Shown in pieces: positions 8,173 through 16,599 of a stretch of 24,000 nucleotides of DNA. The position numbers and the translations under genes were made by a program. This DNA comes from Halorhabdus tiamatea SARL4B (lineage in GTDB: Archaea > Halobacteriota > Halobacteria > Halobacteriales > Haloarculaceae), in assembly GCF_000470655.1 (NCBI RefSeq), contig NC_021921.1, positions 2,719,566 to 2,743,565 of the forward strand, read 5' to 3'. Every line of letters begins with the position of its first letter. Position 1 is the stretch's first letter. A model generated the notes under the pieces. It had not been told where the DNA came from. It worked only from the letters and a program-made list of their open reading frames with translations, and searched no databases.

Positions 8173-9243
8173 ATGCGCGTCCTCAACTATCTCGATTTCG
8201 AGCGGTATCTCGGTTCTTCCGGGATCACCACGGCGGCCAGTCACCAGCGGAGGGCGCTGGCCGGGCGAGGCGTCGAGGTGGAAACGTCGCCCTGGGACGG
8301 TCGAAACCCGCTGACTGCCAGCCTCTCGAATCTCGGCACCGATTCGGTATGGACCGACTTCGACGTGGCTCACTGTAACCTCATCGGCCCCGGGTCGATC
8401 GCCGTCGCCAGGCACGCAAAGCGCCAGGATATCCCCCTCATCCTGCACTCTCACGTCACTCGCGAGGACTTCCAGGAGAGCTTTCGGGGGTCGAACCAGA
8501 TCTCGAAGCCGCTCGGTCGCTATCTCCGGTGGTTCTATTCGCAGGCTGACCTCGTGCTCTGTCCCAGTGAATACACCCGCCGGGTGCTCGAGTCCTATCC
8601 CGTCTCGGCCCCGATCCGACCGATGACCAACGGCGTCGACCTCGACGCACTCGACGGCTACGAGAAGTTCCAGGCCTCCGCCAGGGAGAAACACGACCTC
8701 GACGGCGTCGTCGTCTTCGCCGTCGGGCAGGTCTTCGAGCGCAAGGGACTCACCACGTTCTGCCGGGTCGCCCAGCAAACCCCCTACGACTTCGCGTGGT
8801 TCGGTCCCTACAGCACGAGCCCGCTGGCCTCGAAGACGGTCAAACGCTGGACGCAGAACCCACCGGAGAACGTCACTTTCACCGGCTGGGTCGAGGACAT
8901 TCGGGAAGCCTACGGCGCGGGCGACATCTACCTGTTCCCCACCAAAACCGAGAACCAGGGCATCGCAGTCCTCGAGGCGATGGCCGCCGGGAAGGCCGTC
9001 GTCATCCGGGACATTCCGGTCTTCGAGGAGTTCTTCACCGACGGCGAGGACTGTCTGAAAGCCGAGACTGACGCGGAGTTCCGCGAGGCGGTCGAACGCC
9101 TCGCCGAGAACCCCGAACTCCGCGAGCGGCTGGGCGAGAACGCTCGCGAGACGGCTGAACAACACAGTCTGGATCGCGTCGGCGAGGAACTCGTCTCGGT
9201 CTATCGGGCACTGCTCGACGGGGACGATCCGATCGAGGCCTGA
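8173..9243 (+). CDS. glycosyltransferase family 4 (GT-B fold)
   Basis: MRVLNYLDFERYLGSSGITTAASHQRRAL is a typical GT4 N-terminus. The C-terminal motif ENQGIAVLEAMAAGKAVVIRDIPVFEEF is an EX7E-type motif. The ORF track extends to 7906, but that extension overlaps the DUF368 gene and is Arg-rich, so ATG 8173 was chosen. Confidence 0.87.
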   Translation: MRVLNYLDFERYLGSSGITTAASHQRRALAGRGVEVETSPWDGRNPLTASLSNLGTDSVWTDFDVAHCNLIGPGSIAVARHAKRQDIPLILHSHVTREDFQESFRGSNQISKPLGRYLRWFYSQADLVLCPSEYTRRVLESYPVSAPIRPMTNGVDLDALDGYEKFQASAREKHDLDGVVVFAVGQVFERKGLTTFCRVAQQTPYDFAWFGPYSTSPLASKTVKRWTQNPPENVTFTGWVEDIREAYGAGDIYLFPTKTENQGIAVLEAMAAGKAVVIRDIPVFEEFFTDGEDCLKAETDAEFREAVERLAENPELRERLGENARETAEQHSLDRVGEELVSVYRALLDGDDPIEA

Positions 9244-9371
9244 GTGCCGGGCCGCTTTGCTTTCGAGACGCCAACAGTACAACTAACTACGCCCGCCGAG
9301 ACAGGGGTATTCACGGATGAATCGAGACAGCGCCCCCCGATCCGGGGATCGACAGACAGGAGCGTGGGAAC

Positions 9372-10388
9372 ATGGTCGCTGACACGGGGTATTTCGCGAT
9401 CGAGATACTGGTCGTGGCGTTTGCGGGCGGCGCGATCGGGGCTGCCGTCGGCGGGATGGCCGCGCTTTCCCTCTCTGGGCTCGCGCTCGTCGTCGGCGAG
9501 GTTGCCAATGCTGCGTCGGGGGCCGCGACAGGGAGCCCCGCGGCGCTCGGACTGACGTCGCTGGTCGGATACGGCCCGGCGCTTGGCCCCCACGTCGCCT
9601 TCGCCGGCGGCGTCGCGGCGGCAGCCTATCTCGGGCGACACGAGGACGCCGATTCGTTCGCGTACCACCGGGCGAAAGACGTCTTCACGCCGAACGGCGC
9701 GCAGGTCGACGCGCTGCTCGCCGGCGGCGCGTTCGGCGTGATCGGGTATTGGCTGGCTGCACTCTCGCGGACGCTTGGGCTCCCGGTCGATCCAGTCATG
9801 GCGAGCGTCGTCGTCTCGGGCTTGCTCGCCAGAATCGCATTCGGATACCCGCTGGTCGGGTTCATTCGGGACGGCCTCCTCGACGTGTCTCCCTCCGAGC
9901 GCGGGGAGATCCGGACGGCGTTGGATGGGACAGAGGAGGGCGAGGGAACTCGACTGGCCGTCGAACCGTGGGCCCCACAGCAACACCGGTGGCTCCAGCA
10001 GGCACTTCTCGGTGTTGTCGTCGGTGTCTTCGCTGCCTACGTGACCTACGTGACCCAGCGGTACTACCTCGCGTTCGGTATCGCGATGGTCACGCTCGCC
10101 ATTACGGTCGCCGGGGTCGATCGGTTGCCGATCGTCCACCACATCGCGTTCCCGGCCGGTATCGCCGCATTGTCGATGCCAGCCCACGGAATCGAAGTGG
10201 CGCTCGCTCTCGGTGTCGGCTTCGGTATCGCGAGCGCACTGATCGCCGAACTCGGCGGGCGGCTCCTTTACGCCCACGCGGATACGCACGTCGACCCACC
10301 AGCGATCGCCATCACGGTGACGACGCTCGCAATCGGGTTGCTGACGACTGTCGGCATCTTCGAGCAGGGACTCATTCCGGCGTTGTAG
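9372..10388 (+). CDS. hypothetical polytopic membrane protein
   Basis: 338-aa ORF rich in Gly, Ala and Val with about 8 or more hydrophobic segments and GC-rich third codon positions. The longer antisense ORF 9201..10469 has Arg/Asp-rich nonsense-like composition. I recognise no family. Confidence 0.65.
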   Translation: MVADTGYFAIEILVVAFAGGAIGAAVGGMAALSLSGLALVVGEVANAASGAATGSPAALGLTSLVGYGPALGPHVAFAGGVAAAAYLGRHEDADSFAYHRAKDVFTPNGAQVDALLAGGAFGVIGYWLAALSRTLGLPVDPVMASVVVSGLLARIAFGYPLVGFIRDGLLDVSPSERGEIRTALDGTEEGEGTRLAVEPWAPQQHRWLQQALLGVVVGVFAAYVTYVTQRYYLAFGIAMVTLAITVAGVDRLPIVHHIAFPAGIAALSMPAHGIEVALALGVGFGIASALIAELGGRLLYAHADTHVDPPAIAITVTTLAIGLLTTVGIFEQGLIPAL

Positions 10389-10495
10389 GGCGAAATCAGT
10401 GCAGGCGTCCCGGTCTGGGTCGATCGACGGCGACGAACGGGTGTGCCGGCGATCGATCGCCCGTCTCACGCTCGCCGAGACGCCTCGGGGCGCGC

Positions 10496-10666
10496 TTAGA
10501 TCTCTTCGACGGGGCTGTAATTACCGTTGATGTCCCACTCGTGGAGACAATGCGGGCTGCCGGTCTCCTCGTCGGATGCGGCCCAGACGCCGCGGTCGTC
10601 GTCCCAGACCTCCATGCGTCCACACCGCTCGCATTCGCGTTCGTTCGGGGGTACGATTCGGATCAT
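10496..10666 (-). CDS. HEWD family small zinc-binding protein
   Basis: 56-aa product MIRIVPPNERECERCGRMEVWDDDRGVWAASDEETGSPHCLHEWDINGNYSPVEEI. It has CxxC plus HCxH ligands and the literal HEWD motif of a small family conserved in haloarchaea, as I recall it. ATG 10666 is preferred over the upstream start at 10693. Confidence 0.65.
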   Translation of the reverse strand: MIRIVPPNERECERCGRMEVWDDDRGVWAASDEETGSPHCLHEWDINGNYSPVEEI

Positions 10667-10720
10667 GGGTGAGCGGAAGGCGCGAGCCGACAAGAATGTC
10701 TCGGGTCCACGGGTGGACGG

Positions 10721-11149
10721 TTACAACTCGACGCTGCCCGGGATGAGGCTACTGGAGCGAAGTAACTGTCCGGTGGTATCATAGACCAGCAGTGTCTGTT
10801 TCTCGAAGCGAACGCGGTCGTCGCCGGTCACGATCTCGACCCGGTAGCGACCGTCGTCGGCCTCGGCGACGTCGACGACGCGCTGTACGGCCGTGGTTTC
10901 GGCGTCGAGTTCAACGATGAACGCCCCGGTAAGGCGCTTGGCGATGCTCACCACGCCCGTCTCTCCCTCACGTTTGCGAAACGCCACGTCGACGTCCGCG
11001 CTCTCGAGCGTTGCACCGTCCCCGTCGGTCAGTCGGTCGCGAAGGACGGCCACACTCCCGCTGTAGTCGACCCGCAGCGTCGGAACGTCGGGGGCGTCGG
11101 GCGTATTGCCGGCCGGGATCGCAGTCACGCTGAAGTGTTCGCGCTTCAT
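10721..11149 (-). CDS. conserved hypothetical soluble protein (haloarchaeal)
   Basis: 142-aa acidic product starting MKREHFSVTAIPAG. A TATA-like CTATAGT (11172-11178, minus strand) is centred about 26 nt upstream of ATG 11149. The longer ORF reaching 11236 adds only an Arg-rich extension. Confidence 0.65.
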   Translation of the reverse strand: MKREHFSVTAIPAGNTPDAPDVPTLRVDYSGSVAVLRDRLTDGDGATLESADVDVAFRKREGETGVVSIAKRLTGAFIVELDAETTAVQRVVDVAEADDGRYRVEIVTGDDRVRFEKQTLLVYDTTGQLLRSSSLIPGSVEL

Positions 11150-11368
11150 CCGATATGTAGTGGTATGTGTTACTATAGCATGAAGGTGACGGCGGCGACA
11201 GGTTCGGCCGTTTGGCACTCGTCTTTCTGGCGGCATCTGCCCGCCGGCTGGTGCGCTGGTGACTGTCGACGCCGATCGTCATGACGGGCGCGTGGCGTCC
11301 GAATTTAAGTACCTGGACTCGCAATTCGGCATAAGCAACGACGTCGGACGCGTCGCGAAGAAAGTACG
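11150..11368. promoter_or_regulatory. divergent promoter region
   Basis: The 219-nt spacer holds two AT-rich boxes. CTATAGT at 11172-11178 serves the minus-strand gene and TTTAAG at 11304-11309 serves the plus-strand ATPase. The latter implies a roughly 35-nt leader. Confidence 0.4.
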
Positions 11369-13042
11369 ATGTCAGAACCAGATCGCCCACGCGACGGGGG
11401 AGGCAACGCAAATGTCGGGACAGCCACACGGACAGGTGACGAGGTCGCCGACCGCGGGCCACTCGGCGCGGCAAAGGACTGGCTCGTTCGCGTCAAGCGT
11501 TCCCTTGCAGGATCGCACGTCGTCGTCGAGAATTACGACCCGCTCCGACACGAACACTTGACGAACTTCGGCGGACTTCCCGGGATGAACGAGATCGAAC
11601 GCTACTGGCTGAACGCGCCCTACGCGTTCGCGTCGATCAATTACGACCCGGAGCAGGACGAACACCGCTATCACGTCGTCGAACCCGGTCTTGACGACTT
11701 CGAGCGCGATCTCTTGGATCGGCTGTTCGAGGACGTCCGCGATCCGCTGTTGTATCGGGCGAACGTCGACGAAGACCCGGAAGGCGCGTTGCTCTCGGAA
11801 CTTCGGGAGCGCTTAGAGGAGTACGGCGTCGACGTCCGGATCGAGACGGTCCATCGGCTCTTCTATTACCTCTTCAGGGAGTTTCAGGGCTACGGCAAGA
11901 TCGATCCACTGATGCACGACCCTGCGATCGAGGACATCTCGTGTGACGGGGCGGGATTGCCGATCTTCATCTATCACGACGGCTATACCGACATCGAGAC
12001 GAACCTGACCTACGACGCCGCCGAACTCGAGAACGTCGTCGTTCAACTTGCCCAGCGCTCGGGTCGACACATCTCGGTTGCCGATCCCGTCGTCTCGACG
12101 ACACTGCCCGACGGTTCACGGATCGAACTCGCTCTTGGGACTGAAGTGACGCCACGCGGGTCGGCCTTTACGATTCGGAAGTACGCCGAGGACCCGTTCA
12201 CACCGATCGACCTGCTCGAGTACGGCACCTTCAGCAAGGAGATGCTCGCGTATCTCTGGCTCGCCATCGAGCACAACAAGTCACTGCTGTTCGCCGGCGG
12301 GACCGCGGCCGGGAAGACGACTTCGATGAACGCCGTCTCGATGTTTATCCCGCCGCGAGCGAAGGTTCTCACCATCGAAGACACCCGCGAACTCTCGCTG
12401 TATCACGACAACTGGTTGTCGTCGGTGACGCGCGAGCGCTTCGACGAGGACGACATCTCAATGTACGACCTCCTGCGGTCGGCCCTGCGCCATCGCCCGG
12501 AGTACATCGTGGTCGGTGAGGTGCGCGGCGAGGAGGCGATCACGCTGTTCCAGGCGATGAACACCGGTCACACGACGTTCTCGACGATGCATGCCGACTC
12601 GGTCCAGACGGTCATCAATCGCTTAGAGAACGAGCCGATCAACGTCCCGCGACCGATGGTCCAGAGCCTGGACGTCCTGGCCGTCCAGGTGTTGACCCGC
12701 CAGGGCGACGAGCGCGTGCGTCGGGCGAAGACGCTGGCGGAGATCGAGGGTATCGATCAGCGGACGGGCGAACTCGACTACGCCAACGCCTACGAGTGGC
12801 AGTCAAACACGGACAGCTACGCCCAACGGGACTCCTCGTTGCTCGAAGGGATCCGCGAGGAACGCGGCTGGAGTCAGTCCGAACTCCTCCGTGAACTCGA
12901 CGATCGAGAGCGCTTTCTCGCCCATCTCCAGGCGGAGGGCGTCTCGGACTACCGCCGGTTTACGTCGTTCGTTAATCGATACTACGCCGATAAGGACGCC
13001 GTCATGTCGCGAATCGAGGGCGAATCCACCACGGAGACATGA
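11369..13042 (+). CDS. type II/IV secretion system ATPase (archaeal FlaI/ArlI/PilB family)
   Basis: Walker A is GGTAAGKTTSMNA, the Asp box is LTIEDTRELS, Walker B is RPEYIVVGEVRGEEA and the His box is GHTTFSTMHADS. The FlaI-type N-domain signature ERYWLNAPYAFASINYD...YHVVEP is also present. Confidence 0.93.
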   Translation: MSEPDRPRDGGGNANVGTATRTGDEVADRGPLGAAKDWLVRVKRSLAGSHVVVENYDPLRHEHLTNFGGLPGMNEIERYWLNAPYAFASINYDPEQDEHRYHVVEPGLDDFERDLLDRLFEDVRDPLLYRANVDEDPEGALLSELRERLEEYGVDVRIETVHRLFYYLFREFQGYGKIDPLMHDPAIEDISCDGAGLPIFIYHDGYTDIETNLTYDAAELENVVVQLAQRSGRHISVADPVVSTTLPDGSRIELALGTEVTPRGSAFTIRKYAEDPFTPIDLLEYGTFSKEMLAYLWLAIEHNKSLLFAGGTAAGKTTSMNAVSMFIPPRAKVLTIEDTRELSLYHDNWLSSVTRERFDEDDISMYDLLRSALRHRPEYIVVGEVRGEEAITLFQAMNTGHTTFSTMHADSVQTVINRLENEPINVPRPMVQSLDVLAVQVLTRQGDERVRRAKTLAEIEGIDQRTGELDYANAYEWQSNTDSYAQRDSSLLEGIREERGWSQSELLRELDDRERFLAHLQAEGVSDYRRFTSFVNRYYADKDAVMSRIEGESTTET

Positions 13043-15540
13043 GCCTCACGGGATACCTGCCACTGGTCGCCGCACTCGCGCTCGCCGGAGCGCTCGCGCT
13101 GACCCGCTTCAGCCCGCGTCTCGACAGGGTGTTCACCCGGATCGCTCGCCAGTATTTCAGCCAGCACATCGGTGAGTCACCGGCCCGCGAGCGCCTGCTC
13201 GCGTCCGCGTACGTCGAGACGACCTACCGGGTGTACGCGGCCAAGACGCACCTCTACACCGCACTCACAGCACTCATTGGCGGGATGATCGGCGTCTACG
13301 TCGTCGGCGGAGCCCTGATCGTGATCCCGACCATCGCCGCCGTCCTCGCCGACCTCCCGTCGGTCATGGGCGACGTCCTGGGCAATCGGAACCTCGAAAT
13401 CGTCCTCCCGCCTGACCAGGTGTTCCTCGTCCTTACCGTCGGTGGGGTCGTGATCGGCGGGCTTTCCGCAGTTGTGACCTACGTTGCTCGCTGGCAACTC
13501 CCGGCAGGTGACGCCGAAGTTCGCCGTCGGGGAATCAACGAAGCGCTCCCCCGGACGGTCGCGTTTATTTATGCGCTCTCCCGTGGAGGCCTTGCCTTCC
13601 CTGATGTCATGCGAACGCTCGGGCGTAACCGGGAGATCTACGGCGACGCGGCCGACGAGATGAGCGTCGCCGTCCGGGAGATGGACCTCTTCGGGACGGA
13701 CATGATCTCGGCGATCAGGCGGGCGGCCCACCGCAGTCCCAGCGACACGTTCCGGACGTTCGGCGAGAACCTCGCGAGCGTCCTCGCCAGCGGCCAGCAG
13801 ATCCCCCAGTTTCTGGAAGACCAGTACGACCGCCTCCAGGAGGAGGCCGAGCAACGCCAGGAGGAAGTGCTCGAACTGCTCGCGACTATCGCCGAAGCCT
13901 ACGTCACGACGCTGGTCGCCGGCATCCTCTTCCTGTTGACGATCCTGCTGGTGTTCGGGTTGACGGTGACCGATACGCTCCCCTTCCTCCAGTTGCTCAC
14001 GTACCTCATCATTCCGCTGTCGAACGCGTTGTTCGTCGTCTTCCTGGTGCAGAAACTCGAGGAACTCGGCGTCGCCCGGGAGAGTGGCGTCGCGGCCCTG
14101 GAAGGCGAGACGCCGGATACGATCGCTCCCGAGACACCGACGGCGACCGCCGACGGCGGTCACCTCCCGCGGCTGTCGGCCGGCCGGTCACAGCTCCAGT
14201 TGTACGACCGGATCAGTCGGTTCAAGCGCGTCCTCCGTCGCCCGATCCAGACGATCATCTGGAACCCGACGCGGATCTTCTATCTCACGGTCCCGATTGC
14301 GCTCCTGTGGCTGGCCGTTCGTGCGCCTGGAACGATCACGGAGTACGGGTTCAACCTCCGACTGGCTGATGATTTGATCATTCAGGTCTCTCTGTTCGTG
14401 ATCGGTACGTTCGCCATCGTCCGGGAGATCTACTCCCGGCGGATCGACCGCATCGAGGCCGCGACGCCGGAGTTGCTCGAACGGCTGGCGAGCCTCAACG
14501 AGGCCGGGATGTCCTTCGTCGAGAGTCTCGACCGGGTCCGGGATTCGGATCTCGGCGTCCTGACCGACGAGGTAAATCGCATCTGGACGGACGTTTCGAT
14601 GGGAGCGAACGCCGCCGACGCCCTGCGTCGGTTCGGCCGGCGAGTCCGAACAGCTTCGATCGCCCGGGTCGTCACGTTGCTCACCCACGCGATGCGGGCG
14701 AGCGGTCGCCTCGGACCTGTCCTGCGGATCGCCTCCGCACAGGCTCGTTCGGACCTCGAACTCCGTCGGGAGCGCCGCCAGCAGATGTTCACCTACCTGG
14801 TCGTGATCTACGTCTCGTTTCTGGTCTTTCTGGTCATCATCTTCGCCGTCGAGGAGGTACTCGTCCCGAGCCTCCCTGATAACGTTCCCGTCCCCGAGTC
14901 CAACCGCCTGGGCGTCGACGTCACCGCCTTCGCGAGACTCGGACAGGTCAACAAGCCCGCCTACACGCTGATCTTCCTGCACGCCGCGCTGATCCAGGCA
15001 GTGTTGTCGGGATTCGTGGCCGGGCTCCTCGGCGAGGGAACGCTCAAGGACGGCGCGAAACACGCCGCGATATTGCTCGCGATCGCGTACGTTGCGATCC
15101 TCCTCGTGACCTCGCCGGTCGCGTCACTGACCATGCAGGATCAGGAGGCCCTCGGCGACGGCGTCACGATCGACTCGGTCTCGACGTCGGAAGGCGGATT
15201 CCTGGTGATCCACGACCGGACGGCCGACGGGGCGATCGTGGGTCACACCGGCTACCTGCCGCCGGGCGAGCACACGAACGTCCGCGTTCGACTCGACGAG
15301 ACCCTCCAGCGCCAGACGACCCTGGTGGCCGTGCCGTATCTCGACGGGAACAGTGACAAGCAGTTCACCATCGGGGCCGATCAGCCCTACGGGACGGGCG
15401 GCGATCCGGTGGCTGTCGACGCACGCATCACGCCAGTCGAGCCCGAGTCGAGTCAGTCGCGGGCGGTCGGCGATGGCATCGCAGCCACGGTCGGAGACCG
15501 CGCGATGCCTGCATCGCCGGCGTTGCCGATCAGTCGCTGA
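13039..15540 (+). CDS. FlaJ/PilC/TadC-type (T2SS F family) membrane platform protein with an extra C-terminal soluble domain
   Basis: The 833-aa ORF overlaps the ATPase stop (ATGA at 13039-13042). It has two GspF/TadC-like cytoplasmic helical modules, each followed by transmembrane helices, as in FlaJ. The final ~140 aa form a non-membrane domain. Confidence 0.85.
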   Translation: MSLTGYLPLVAALALAGALALTRFSPRLDRVFTRIARQYFSQHIGESPARERLLASAYVETTYRVYAAKTHLYTALTALIGGMIGVYVVGGALIVIPTIAAVLADLPSVMGDVLGNRNLEIVLPPDQVFLVLTVGGVVIGGLSAVVTYVARWQLPAGDAEVRRRGINEALPRTVAFIYALSRGGLAFPDVMRTLGRNREIYGDAADEMSVAVREMDLFGTDMISAIRRAAHRSPSDTFRTFGENLASVLASGQQIPQFLEDQYDRLQEEAEQRQEEVLELLATIAEAYVTTLVAGILFLLTILLVFGLTVTDTLPFLQLLTYLIIPLSNALFVVFLVQKLEELGVARESGVAALEGETPDTIAPETPTATADGGHLPRLSAGRSQLQLYDRISRFKRVLRRPIQTIIWNPTRIFYLTVPIALLWLAVRAPGTITEYGFNLRLADDLIIQVSLFVIGTFAIVREIYSRRIDRIEAATPELLERLASLNEAGMSFVESLDRVRDSDLGVLTDEVNRIWTDVSMGANAADALRRFGRRVRTASIARVVTLLTHAMRASGRLGPVLRIASAQARSDLELRRERRQQMFTYLVVIYVSFLVFLVIIFAVEEVLVPSLPDNVPVPESNRLGVDVTAFARLGQVNKPAYTLIFLHAALIQAVLSGFVAGLLGEGTLKDGAKHAAILLAIAYVAILLVTSPVASLTMQDQEALGDGVTIDSVSTSEGGFLVIHDRTADGAIVGHTGYLPPGEHTNVRVRLDETLQRQTTLVAVPYLDGNSDKQFTIGADQPYGTGGDPVAVDARITPVEPESSQSRAVGDGIAATVGDRAMPASPALPISR

Positions 15541-15639
15541 CGGCACCGGGACCGATCCCAACGACGTTGTGGTCGGCGATCCGGAGCCGGCTTCGCCGGT
15601 GACCGAACGGCTATCTGGCAGGGACTCCTATTTTCGGAC

Positions 15640-16575
15640 ATGCCGACAGACATTCCCGGAATCCACCACGTCACGGCGATCGCGAGCGGCCCACAGGAGA
15701 ATTACGACTTCTACACGGAGACGCTGGGCCTCCGGCTGGTCAAACGTAGCGTCAACCAGGACGACACCTCCGTCTATCACCTCTTCTACGGCGACCGCGC
15801 GGGCTCGCCGGGAACCAGCATGACGTTCTTCCCCTACCCGGGAGCGCGACCCGGCCAGGTCGGGACCGGACAGGTAAGCACCACGGGGTTCACGATCCCG
15901 GCCGACGCCGTCGAGTACTGGCTCGACCGACTCGAGGGAGCAGGCGTCGACGTGGACGAGCCACGAGAACGGTTCGGCGAGACCGTGATCCCGTTGCGCG
16001 ATCCCGACGGCCTCCCGCTTGAACTCGTCGGTGTCGAGGGCGCGCCGGCGGGCGATCCGCCCGCCGGACCGGTCCCCCCCGAGCGGGCGATCCGCGGGTT
16101 CTACGGCGTCACCCTCTCGCTCGAGGACACCGACAGCACGGTCAGAGTACTCGAGGAGATGGGCTACGAGGAGGCGGGCAGCGCGGGCGATCGAACCCGC
16201 TACGAGGCGAGCGGCGATATCGGGGCCGTCGTCGATCTGATCGCCGAACCCGACCGGGGGCGCGGTCAGCCGGGGGCGGGGACCGTCCACCACGTCGCCT
16301 TCCGGGTCACGAGCGACGAGCAGCCCGAGTGGCGGGAGCAACTCCAGACCCTCGGGCTCCGCCCGACAGAGATCGTCGATCGGAAGTGGTTCGAGTCGGT
16401 GTACACCCGGACACCGGGTGGCGTGCTCTTCGAGTACGCCACGGCCGAGCCGGGCTACACTGTCGACGAGGCCCTCGATTCGCTCGGCGAACGCCTCGTC
16501 CTCCCCGAGTGGTTCGAGGATCGCCGCGAGGAGATCGAGGCGGGACTGCCGCCGCTGTCGGTCGACAGTAACTGA
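15640..16575 (+). CDS. two-domain VOC-family ring-cleaving dioxygenase (MhqO/MhqA-like glyoxalase/dioxygenase)
   Basis: The N-terminus IPGIHHVTAIASGPQENYDFYTETLGLRLVKRSVNQDD..VYHLFYGD is characteristic of this family. A second VOC repeat (GFYGVTLS...VHHVAFRV) follows. The product is 311 aa. Confidence 0.85.
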   Translation: MPTDIPGIHHVTAIASGPQENYDFYTETLGLRLVKRSVNQDDTSVYHLFYGDRAGSPGTSMTFFPYPGARPGQVGTGQVSTTGFTIPADAVEYWLDRLEGAGVDVDEPRERFGETVIPLRDPDGLPLELVGVEGAPAGDPPAGPVPPERAIRGFYGVTLSLEDTDSTVRVLEEMGYEEAGSAGDRTRYEASGDIGAVVDLIAEPDRGRGQPGAGTVHHVAFRVTSDEQPEWREQLQTLGLRPTEIVDRKWFESVYTRTPGGVLFEYATAEPGYTVDEALDSLGERLVLPEWFEDRREEIEAGLPPLSVDSN

Positions 16576-16599
16576 TTTGCCGCGGAAACGTTTCGCCGG

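Noticed and set aside
7921-9282. 453-aa ORF on the minus strand, opposite the GT4 glycosyltransferase
   Set aside because: This is a shadow ORF typical of GC-rich genomes. The product is Arg/Pro/Gly-rich and lacks the acidic haloarchaeal composition. The plus-strand frame carries clear GT4 motifs.
10419-10461. Two perfect palindromes, GTCGATCGAC (10419-10428) and GGCGATCGATCGCC (10448-10461), in the convergent spacer
   Set aside because: CGATCG-type palindromes are frequent by composition in GC-rich haloarchaeal DNA. They have no loop and therefore form only short stems. No U-tract follows either one. This is not enough to call a terminator or binding site.
9201-10469. 422-aa minus-strand ORF, longer than the plus-strand membrane-protein ORF it overlaps
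   Set aside because: Its Arg/Asp/Glu-rich low-complexity product has no motifs. The plus-strand frame has GC-rich third codon positions and a coherent series of transmembrane segments.
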